Source of the DNA: Auanema rhodensis
Lineage: Eukaryota; Animalia; Nematoda
Assembly (NCBI GenBank): GCA_964057225.1
Contig: OZ059900.1
Location: 8,432,001-8,496,000 of the forward strand
DNA: 64,000 nucleotides
Reading direction: 5' to 3'
The position numbers and the translations under genes were made by a program. Shown here one piece after another: positions 52,901-64,000 of this stretch. Numbering within the stretch: the stretch's first letter is position 1; every line of letters starts with the position of its first letter. The notes under the pieces are model-generated. The model ran no database searches. It was not told where the DNA came from and saw only the letters and a program-made list of their open reading frames with translations.

Positions 52901-55900
52901 ATTTCAAATCCATATCTCAAAGGGTCTGATCAAAACATACAGTTTTCACATGTTTTGTACCCAAAATCGTTGAATATATGGCGTTTTGAGCATAAAAAGG
53001 CCCATATTTCAATCAGTTTTGATATTTGTGCAAAATACACCTATATGAACATTCTATGACAGTATTCCATACATTTAGTCGTTTTAGAAGAAAAAAATAT
53101 GCTTAAGATCAAAAGTTTGACTGATTTTGCCAAAATGCCCTTCAATCCCCAAAAAACCAATAATTCTTGATATTTTCGGTCCTTTTTGACCAAAGTGGTT
53201 AAAATTGGACATAAATATGTAAAAATAGTCAAAGTTTATGAATCCTGAATTTCAAATCCATATCTCAAAGGGTCTGATCAAAACATACAGTTTTCACATG
53301 TTTTGTACCCAAAATCGTTGAATATATGGCGTTTTGAGCATAAAAAGGCCCATATTTCAATCAGTTTGGATATTCGTGCAAAATACACCTATATCAACAT
53401 TCTATGACAGTATTCCATACATTTAGTCGTTTTAGAAGAAAAAAATATGCTTAAGATCAAAAGTTTGACTGATTTTGCCAAAATGCCCTTCAATCCCCAA
53501 AAAACCAATAATTCTTGATATTTTCGGTCCTTTTTGACCAAAGTGGTTAAAATTGAACATATATATGTGAAAATAGTCAAAGTTTATGAATCCTGAATTT
53601 CAAATCCATATCTCAAAGGGTCTGATCAAAACATACAGTTTTCACATGTTTTGTACCCAAAATCGTTGAATATATGGCGTTTTGAGCATAAAAAGGCCCA
53701 TATTTCAATCAGTTTTGATATTTGTGCAAAATAGACCTATATGAACATTCTATGACAGTATTTCATACATTTAGTCGTTTTAGAAGAAAAAAATATGCTT
53801 AAGATCAAAAGTTTGACTGATTTTGCCAAAATGCCCTTCAATCCCCAAAAAACCAATAATTCTTGATATTTTCGGTCCTTTTTGACCAAAGTGGTTAAAA
53901 TTGGACATATATATGTAAAAATAGTCAAAGTTTATGAATCCTGAATTTCAAATCCATATCTCAAAGGGTCTGATCAAAACATACAGTTTTCACATGTTTT
54001 GTACCCAAAATCGTTGAATATATGGCGTTTTGAGCATAAAAAGGCCCATATTTCAATCAGTTTCGATATTCGTGCAAAATACACCTATATCAACATTCTA
54101 TGACAGTATTTCATACATTTAGTCGTTTTAGAAGAAAAAAATATGCTTAAGATCAAAAGTTTGACTGATTTTGCCAAAATGCCCTTCAATCCCCAAAAAA
54201 CCAATAATTCTTGATATTTTCGGTCCTTTTTGACCAAAGTGGTTAAAATTGGACATATATATGTAAAAATAGTCAAAGTTTATGAATCCTGAATTTCAAA
54301 TCCATATCTCAAAGGGTCTGATCAAAACATACAGTTTTCACATGTTTTGTACCCAAAATCGTTGAATATATGGCGTTTTGAGCATAAAAAGGCCCATATT
54401 TCAATCAGTTTCGATATTCGTGCAAAATACACCTATATCAACATTCTATGACAGTATTCCATACATTTAGTCGTTTTAGAAGAAAAAAATATGCTTAAGA
54501 TCAAAAGTTTGACTGATTTAGCCAAAATGTCCTTCAAACCCCAAAAAACCAATAATTCTTGATATTTTCGGACCTTTTTGACCAAAGTGGTTAAAATTGA
54601 ACATATATATGTAAAAATAGTCAAAGTTTATGAATCCTGAATTTCAAATCCATATCTCAAAGGGTCTGATCAAAACATACAGTTTTCACATGTTTTGTAC
54701 CCAAAATCGTTGAATATATGGCGTTTTGAGCATAAAAAGGCCCATATTTCAATCAGTTTTGATATTCGTGCAAAATACACCTATATGAACATTTTTTGAC
54801 AGTATTTCATACATTTAGTCGTTTTAGAAGAAAAAAATATGCTTAAGATCAAAAGTTTGACTGATTTTGCCAAAATGCCCTTCAATCCCCAAAAAACCAA
54901 TAATTCTTGATATTTTCGGTCCTTTTTGACCAAAGTGGTTAAAATTGGACATATATATATATGTAAAAATAGTCAAAGTTTATGAATCCTGAATTTCAAA
55001 TCCATATCTCAAAGGGTCTGATCAAAACATACAGTTTTCACATGTTTTGTACCCAAAATCGTTGAATATATGGCGTTTTGAGCATAAAAAGGCCCATATT
55101 TCAATCAGTTTGGATATTTGTGCAAAATACACCTATATGAACATTCTATGACAGTCTTCCATACATTTAGTCGTTTTAGAAGAAAAAAATATGCTTAAGA
55201 TCAAAAGTTTGACTGATTTTGCCAAAATGCCCTTCAATCCCCAAAAAACCAATAATTCTTGATATTTTCGGTCCTTTTTGACCAAAGTGGTTAAAATTGG
55301 ACATATATATGTGAAAATAGTCAAAGTTTATGAATCCTGAATTTCAAATCCATATCTCAAAGGGTCTGATCAAAACATACAGTTTTCACATATTTTGTAC
55401 CCAAAATCGTTGAATATATGGCGTTTTGAGCATAAAAAGGCCCATATTTCAATCAGTTTTGATATTTGTGCAAAACACACCTATATGAACATTCTATGAC
55501 AGTATTTCATACATTTAGTCGTTTTAGAAGAAAAAAATATGCTTAAGATCAAAAGTTTGACTGATTTTGCCAAAATGTCCTTCAAACCCCAAAAAACCAA
55601 TAATTCTTGATATTTTCGGTCCTTTTTGACCAAAGCGGTTAAAATTGAACATATATATGTGAAAATAGTCAAAGTTTATGAATCCTGAATTTCAAATCCA
55701 TATCTCAAAGGGTCTGATCAAAACATACAGTTTTCACATGTTTTGTACCCAAAATCGTTGAATATATGGCGTTTTGAGCATAAAAAGGCCCATATTTCAA
55801 TCAGTTTTGATATTTGTGCAAAATAGACCTATATGAACATTCTATGACAGTATTTCATACATTTAGTCGTTTTAGAAGAAAAAAATATGCTTAAGATCAA

Positions 55901-58900
55901 AAGTTTGACTGATTTTGCCAAAATGCCCTTCAATCCCCAAAAAACCAATAATTCTTGATATTTTCGGTCCTTTTTGACCAAAGTGGTTAAAATTGGACAT
56001 ATATATATATGTAAAAATAGTCAAAGTTTATGAATCCTGAATTTCAAATCCATATCTCAAAGGGTCTGATCAAAACATACAGTTTTCACATGTTTTGTAC
56101 CCAAAATCGTTGAATATATGGCGTTTTGAGCATAAAAAGGCCCATATTTCAATCAGTTTTGATATTTGTGCAAAATACACCTATATCAACATTCTATGAC
56201 AGTATTCCATACATTTAGTCGTTTTAGAAGAAAAAAATATGCTTAAGATCAAAAGTTTGACTGATTTTGCCAAAATGCCCTTCAATCCCCAAAAAACCAA
56301 TAATTCTTGATATTTTCGGTCCTTCTTGACCAAAGTGGTTAAAATTGGACATAAATATGTAAAAATAGTCAAAGTTTATGAATCCTGAATTTCAAATCCA
56401 TATCTCAAAGGGTCTGATCAAAACATACAGTTTTCACATGTTTTGTACCCAAAATCGTTGAATATATGGCGTTTTGAGCATAAAAAGGCCCATATTTCAA
56501 TCAGTTTCGATATTCGTGCAAAATACACCTATATCAACATTCTATGACAGTATTCCATACATTTAGTCGTTTTAGAAGAAAAAAATATGCTTAAGATCAA
56601 AAGTTTGACTGATTTTGCCAAAATGCCCTTCAATCCCCAAAAAACCAATAATTCTTGATATTTTCGGTCCTTTTTGACCAAAGTGGTTAAAATTGGACAT
56701 ATATATGTAAAAATAGTCAAAGTTTATGAATCCTGAATTTCAAATCCATATCTCAAAGGGTCTGATCAAAACATACAGTTTTCACATGTTTTGTACCCAA
56801 AATCGTTGAATATATGGCGTTTTGAGCATAAAAAGGCCCATATTTCAATCAGTTTCGATATTCGTGCAAAATACACCTATATCAACATTCTATGACAGTA
56901 TTCCATACATTTAGTCGTTTTAGAAGAAAAAAATATGCTTAAGATCAAAAGTTTGACTGATTTTGCCAAAATGCCCTTCAATCCCCAAAAAACCAATAAT
57001 TCTTGATATTTTCGGTCCTTTTTGACCAAAGTGGTTAAAATTGAACATATATATGTAAAAATAGTCAAAGTTTATGAATCCTGAATTTCAAATCCATATC
57101 TCAAAGGGTCTGATCAAAACATACAGTTTTCACATGTTTTGTACCCAAAATCGTTGAATATATGGCGTTTTGAGCATAAAAAGGCCCATATTTCAATCAA
57201 TTTTGATATTTGTGCAAAATACACCTAGATGAACATTCTATGACAGTATTCCATACATTTAGTCGTTTTAGAAGAAAAAAATATGCTTAAGATCAAAAGT
57301 TTGACTGATTTTGCCAAAATGCCCTTCAATCCCCAAAAAACCAATAATTCTTGATATTTTCGGTCCTTTTTGACCAAAGTGGTTAAAATTGGACATAAAT
57401 ATGTAAAAATAGTCAAAGTTTATGAATCCTGAATTTCAAATCCATATCTCAAAGGGTCTGATCAAAACATACAGTTTTCACATGTTTTGTACCCAAAATC
57501 GTTGAATATATGGCGTTTTGAGCATAAAAAGGCCCATATTTCAATCAGTTTCGATATTCGTGCAAAATACACCTATATCAACATTCTATGACAGTATTCC
57601 ATACATTTAGTCGTTTTAGAAGAAAAAAATATGCTTAAGATCAAAAGTTTGACTGATTTTGCCAAAATGCCCTTCAATCCCCAAAAAACCAATAATTCTT
57701 GATATTTTCGGTCCTTTTTGACCAAAGTGGTTAAAATTGGACATATATATGTAAAAATAGTCAAAGTTTATGAATCCTGAATTTCAAATCCATATCTCAA
57801 AGGGTCTGATCAAAACATACAGTTTTCACATGTTTTGTACCCAAAATCGTTGAATATATGGCGTTTTGAGCATAAAAAGGCCCATATTTCAATCAGTTTT
57901 GATATTTGTGCAAAATAGACCTATATGAACATTCTATGACAGTATTTCATACATTTAGTCGTTTTAGAAGAAAAAAATATGCTTAAGATCAAAAGTTTGA
58001 CTGATTTTGCCAAAATGCCCTTCAATCCCCAAAAAACCAATAATTCTTGATATTTTCGGTCCTTTTTGACCAAAGTGGTTAAAATTGGACATATATATGT
58101 AAAAATAGTCAAAGTTTATGAATCCTGAATTTCAAATCCATATCTCAAAGGGTCTGATCAAAACATACAGTTTTCACATGTTTTGTACCCAAAATCGTTG
58201 AATATATGGCGTTTTGAGCATAAAAAGGCCCATATTTCAATCAGTTTCGATATTCGTGCAAAATACACCTATATCAACATTCTATGACAGTATTCCATAC
58301 ATTTAGTCGTTTTAGAAGAAAAAAATATGCTTAAGATCAAAAGTTTGACTGATTTTGCCAAAATGCCCTTCAATCCCCAAAAAACCAATAATTCTTGATA
58401 TTTTCGGTCCTTGTTGACCAAAGTGGTTAAAATTGAACATTTATATGTAAAAATAGTCAAAGTTTATGAATCCTGAATTTCAAATCCATATCTCAAAGGG
58501 TCTGATCAAAACATACAGTTTTCACATGTTTTGTACCCAAAATCGTTGAATATATGGCGTTTTGAGCATAAAAAGGCCCATATTTCAATCAGTTTTGATA
58601 TTTGTGCAAAATAGACCTATATGAACATTCTATGACAGTATTTCATACATTTAGTCGTTTTAGAAGAAAAAAATATGCTTAAGATCAAAAGTTTGACTGA
58701 TTTTGCCAAAATGCCCTTCAATCCCCAAAAAACCAATAATTCTTGATATTTTCGGTCCTTTTTGACCAAAGTGGTTAAAATTGGACATATATATGTAAAA
58801 ATAGTCAAAGTTTATGAATCCTGAATTTCAAATCCATATCTCAAAGGGTCTGATCAAAACATACAGTTTTCACATGTTTTGTACCCAAAATCGTTGAATA

Positions 58901-61900
58901 TATGGCGTTTTGAGCATAAAAAGGCCCATATTTCAATCAGTTTCGATATTCGTGCAAAATACACCTATATCAACATTCTATGACAGTATTCCATACATTT
59001 AGTCGTTTTAGAAGAAAAAAATATGCTTAAGATCAAAAGTTTGACTGATTTTGCCAAAATGCCCTTCAATCCCCAAAAAACCAATAATTCTTGATATTTT
59101 CGGTCCTTGTTGACCAAAGTGGTTAAAATTGAACATTTATATGTAAAAATAGTCAAAGTTTATGAATCCTGAATTTCAAATCCATATCTCAAAGGGTCTG
59201 ATCAAAACATACAGTTTTCACATGTTTTGTACCCAAAATCGTTGAATATATGGCGTTTTGAGCATAAAAAGGCCCATATTTCAATCAGTTTTGATATTTG
59301 TGCAAAATAGACCTATATGAACATTCTATGACAGTATTTCATACATTTAGTCGTTTTAGAAGAAAAAAATATGCTTAAGATCAAAAGTTTGACTGATTTT
59401 GCCAAAATGCCCTTCAATCCCCAAAAAACCAATAATTCTTGATATTTTCGGTCCTTTTTGACCAAAGTGGTTAAAATTGGACATATATATGTAAAAATAG
59501 TCAAAGTTTATGAATCCTGAATTTCAAATCCATATCTCAAAGGGTCTGATCAAAACATACAGTTTTCACATGTTTTGTACCCAAAATCGTTGAATATATG
59601 GCGTTTTGAGCATAAAAAGGCCCATATTTCAATCAGTTTCGATATTCGTGCAAAATACACCTATATCAACATTCTATGACAGTATTCCATACATTTAGTC
59701 GTTTTAGAAGAAAAAAATATGCTTAAGATCAAAAGTTTGACTGATTTTGCCAAAATGCCCTTCAATCCCCTAAAAACCAATAATTCTTGATATTTTCGGT
59801 CCTTTTTGACCAAAGTGGTTAAAATTGAACATATATATGTAAAAATAGTCAAAGTTTATGAATCCTGAATTTCAAATCCATATCTCAAAGGGTCTGATCA
59901 AAACATACAGTTTTCACATGTTTTGTACCCAAAATCGTTGAATATATGGCGTTTTGAGCATAAAAAGGCCCATATTTCAATCAGTTTTGATATTTGTGCA
60001 AAATACACCTATATGAACATTCTATGACAGTATTCCATACATTTAGTCGTTTTAGAAGAAAAAAATATGCTTAAGATCAAAAGTTTGACTGATTTTGCCA
60101 AAATGCCCTTCAATCCCCAAAAAACCAATAATTCTTGATATTTTCGGTCCTTTTTGACCAAAGTGGTTAAAATTGGACATAAATATGTAAAAATAGTCAA
60201 AGTTTATGAATCCTGAATTTCAAATCCATATCTCAAAGGGTCTGATCAAAACATACAGTTTTCACATGTTTTGTACCCAAAATCGTTGAATATATGGCGT
60301 TTTGAGCATAAAAAGGCCCATATTTCAATCAGTTTGGATATTCGTGCAAAATACACCTATATCAACATTCTATGACAGTATTCCATACATTTAGTCGTTT
60401 TAGAAGAAAAAAATATGCTTAAGATCAAAAGTTTGACTGATTTTGCCAAAATGCCCTTCAATCCCCAAAAAACCAATAATTCTTGATATTTTCGGTCCTT
60501 TTTGACCAAAGTGGTTAAAATTGAACATATATATGTGAAAATAGTCAAAGTTTATGAATCCTGAATTTCAAATCCATATCTCAAAGGGTCTGATCAAAAC
60601 ATACAGTTTTCACATGTTTTGTACCCAAAATCGTTGAATATATGGCGTTTTGAGCATAAAAAGGCCCATATTTCAATCAGTTTTGATATTTGTGCAAAAT
60701 AGACCTATATGAACATTCTATGACAGTATTTCATACATTTAGTCGTTTTAGAAGAAAAAAATATGCTTAAGATCAAAAGTTTGACTGATTTTGCCAAAAT
60801 GCCCTTCAATCCCCAAAAAACCAATAATTCTTGATATTTTCGGTCCTTTTTGACCAAAGTGGTTAAAATTGGACATATATATGTAAAAATAGTCAAAGTT
60901 TATGAATCCTGAATTTCAAATCCATATCTCAAAGGGTCTGATCAAAACATACAGTTTTCACATGTTTTGTACCCAAAATCGTTGAATATATGGCGTTTTG
61001 AGCATAAAAAGGCCCATATTTCAATCAGTTTCGATATTCGTGCAAAATACACCTATATCAACATTCTATGACAGTATTTCATACATTTAGTCGTTTTAGA
61101 AGAAAAAAATATGCTTAAGATCAAAAGTTTGACTGATTTTGCCAAAATGCCCTTCAATCCCCAAAAAACCAATAATTCTTGATATTTTCGGTCCTTTTTG
61201 ACCAAAGTGGTTAAAATTGGACATATGTATGTAAAAATAGTCAAAGTTTATGAATCCTGAATTTCAAATCCATATCTCAAAGGGTCTGATCAAAACATAC
61301 AGTTTTCACATGTTTTGTACCCAAAATCGTTGAATATATGGCGTTTTGAGCATAAAAAGGCCCATATTTCAATCAGTTTCGATATTCGTGCAAAATACAC
61401 CTATATCAACATTCTATGACAGTATTCCATACATTTAGTCGTTTTAGAAGAAAAAAATATGCTTAAGATCAAAAGTTTGACTGATTTAGCCAAAATGTCC
61501 TTCAAACCCCAAAAAACCAATAATTCTTGATATTTTCGGACCTTTTTGACCAAAGTGGTTAAAATTGAACATATATATGTAAAAATAGTCAAAGTTTATG
61601 AATCCTGAATTTCAAATCCATATCTCAAAGGGTCTGATCAAAACATACAGTTTTCACATGTTTTGTACCCAAAATCGTTGAATATATGGCGTTTTGAGCA
61701 TAAAAAGGCCCATATTTCAATCAGTTTTGATATTCGTGCAAAATACACCTATATGAACATTCTTTGACATTATTTCATACATTTAGTCGTTTTAGAAGAA
61801 AAAAATATGCTTAAGATCAAAAGTTTGACTGATTTTGCCAAAATGCCCTTCAATCCCCAAAAAACCAATAATTCTTGATATTTTCGGTCCTTTTTGACCA

Positions 61901-62790
61901 AAGTGGTTAAAATTGGACATATATATATATGTAAAAATAGTCAAAGTTTATGAATCCTGAATTTCAAATCCATATCTCAAAGGGTCTGATCAAAACATAC
62001 AGTTTTCACATGTTTTGTACCCAAAATCGTTGAATATATGGCGTTTTGAGCATAAAAAGGCCCATATTTCAATCAGTTTGGATATTTGTGCAAAATACAC
62101 CTATATGAACATTCTATGACAGTCTTCCATACATTTAGTCGTTTTAGAAGAAAAAAATATGCTTAAGATCAAAAGTTTGACTGATTTTGCCAAAATGCCC
62201 TTCAATCCCCAAAAAACCAATAATTCTTGATATTTTCGGTCCTTTTTGACCAAAGTGGTTAAAATTGGACATATATATGTGAAAATAGTCAAAGTTTATG
62301 AATCCTGAATTTCAAATCCATATCTCAAAGGGTCTGATCAAAACATACAGTTTTCACATATTTTGTACCCAAAATCGTTGAATATATGGCGTTTTGAGCA
62401 TAAAAAGGCCCATATTTCAATCAGTTTTGATATTTGTGCAAAACACACCTATATGAACATTCTATGACAGTATTTCATACATTTAGTCGTTTTAGAAGAA
62501 AAAAATATGCTTAAGATCAAAAGTTTGACTGATTTTGCCAAAATGTCCTTCAAACCCCAAAAAACCAATAATTCTTGATATTTTCGGTCCTTTTTGACCA
62601 AAGCGGTTAAAATTGAACATATATATGTGAGAATAGTCAAAGTTTATGAATCCTGAATTTCAAATCCATATCTCAAAGGGTCTGATCAAAACATACAGTT
62701 TTCACATGTTTTGTACCCAAAATCGTTGAATATATGGCGTTTTGAGCATAAAAAGGCCCATATTTCAATCAGTTTTGATATTTGTGCAAA
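49950..62790 (+). repeat. Tandem duplication of a 5924-bp (17-monomer) unit; second copy expanded to 6968 bp (20 monomers)
   Basis: Offsets step from 5924 (50257/56181) to 6272 (50953/57225, 51997/58269) to 6968 (54433/61401, 55133/62101, 55481/62449). TA-expanded monomers occur at ~50071/55995 and ~54947/61915. Ends are approximate. Confidence 0.85.
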
Positions 62791-64000
62791 ATAGACCTAT
62801 ATCAACATTCTATGACAGTATTCCATACATTTAGTCGTTTTAGAAGAAAAAAATATGCTTAAGATCAAAAGTTTGACTGATTTTGCCAAAATGCCCTTCA
62901 ATCCCCAAAAAACCAATAATTCTTGATATTTTCGGTCCTTTTTGACCAAAGTGGTTAAAATTGGACATATATATGTAAAAATAGTCAAAGTTTATGAATC
63001 CTGATTTTCAAATCCATATCTCAAAGGGTCTGATCAAAACATACAGTTTTCAAATGTTTTGTACCCGAAATCGTTGAATATATGGCGTTTTGAGCATAAA
63101 AAGGCCCATATTTCAATCAGTTTGGATATTTGTGCAAAATACACCTATATGAACATTCTATGACAGTCTTCCATACATTTAGTCGTTTTAGAAGAAAAAA
63201 ATATGCTTAAGATCAAAAGTTTGACTGATTTTGCCAAAATGCCCTTCAATCCCCAAAAAACCAATAATTCTTGATATTTTCGGTCCTTTTTGACCAAAGT
63301 GGTTAAAATTTGACATATATATGTGAAAATAGTCAAAGTTTATGAATCCTGAATTTCAAATCCATATCTCAAAGGGTCTGATCAAAACATACAGTTTTCA
63401 CATGTTTTGTACCCAAAATCGTTGAATATATGGCGTTTTGAGCATAAAAAGGCCCATATTTCAATCAGTTTCGATATTCTTGCAAAATACACCTATATCA
63501 ACATTCTATGACAGTATTCCATACATTTAGTCGTTTTAGAAGAAAAAAATATGCTTAAGATCAAAAGTTTGACTGATTTTGCCAAAATGCCCTTCAATCC
63601 CCAAAAAACCAATAATTCTTGATATTTTCGGTCCTTCTTGACCAAAGTGGTTGAAATTGAACATATATATGTAAAAATAGTCAAAGTTTATAAATCCTGA
63701 ATTTCAAATCCATATCTCAAAGGGTCTGATCAAAACATACAGTTTTCACATGTTTTGTACCCAAAATCGTTGAATATATGGCGTTTTGAGCATAAAAAGG
63801 CCCATATTTCAATCAGTTTTGATATTCGTGCAAAATACACCTATATGAACATTCTTTGACAGTATTTCATACATTTAGTCGTTTTAGAAAAAAAAAATAT
63901 GCTTAAGATCAAAAGTTTGACTGATTTTGCCAAAATGCCCTTCAATCCCCAAAAAACCAATAATTCTTGATATTTTCGGTCCTTTTTGACCAAAGTGGTT

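Larger units (their letters stand above)
1..64000. repeat. 348-bp AT-rich tandem satellite array (~184 monomers), probably centromeric/pericentromeric heterochromatin
   Basis: CATATTTCAATCAG recurs at 1, 349 and onward with 348-bp spacing, and the ORF track repeats at 348-bp intervals. 107/348 G+C in the first monomer. No non-satellite sequence seen except a 9-bp junction filler. The centromeric role is inferred, not shown. Confidence 0.97.
30284..64000 (+). repeat. Right satellite block, orientation A, ~97 monomers, runs off the window
   Basis: Resumes at monomer position 84 (AGAAGAAAAAAATATGC, 30284) and continues head-to-tail to the end of the window. Confidence 0.96.

Noticed and set aside
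39-63684. ~115 copies of a 63-aa ORF (MTIFTYICSILTTLVKKDRKYQELLVFWGLK...) plus a few 65- and 73-aa ORFs
   Set aside because: They start at TTG rather than ATG, have no recognisable domain, and are repeatedly broken by stops, frameshifts and start loss. Most common variants are non-synonymous. They are by-products of the satellite monomer, useful only as orientation and variant markers.
1-64000. CRISPR array or array of small mobile elements (MITEs/SINEs)
   Set aside because: No unique spacers, no terminal inverted repeats, per-unit TSDs or poly(A) tails, and no cas or transposase genes. The units are contiguous head-to-tail copies.

Overview
The whole 64-kb window is one AT-rich tandem satellite array. 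The monomer is 348 bp (about 31% GC by hand count of positions 1-348), present in roughly 184 copies that differ by only a few percent, typical of eukaryotic centromeric/heterochromatic satellite DNA. I found no credible genes, RNA genes, transposons or CRISPR arrays; the ~120 short (63-73 aa) ORFs are chance frames repeated with the monomer. The informative structure is architectural. (1) A 26-kb block (4288-30283) lies in the opposite orientation to both flanks. It is bounded by an 18-bp direct repeat (4261-4278 and 30284-30301) that looks like a target-site duplication, with a 9-bp filler at the left junction. (2) The inverted block carries a private 341-bp monomer that forms a 689-bp (348+341) higher-order dimer. 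(3) A 173-bp half-monomer with identical linked SNPs occurs in both orientations. (4) The left flank is duplicated 33,853 bp downstream, across the inverted block. (5) Nested duplications of 1.0-7.1 kb record recent, layered expansion. I cannot assign the organism or a named satellite family from the sequence alone.
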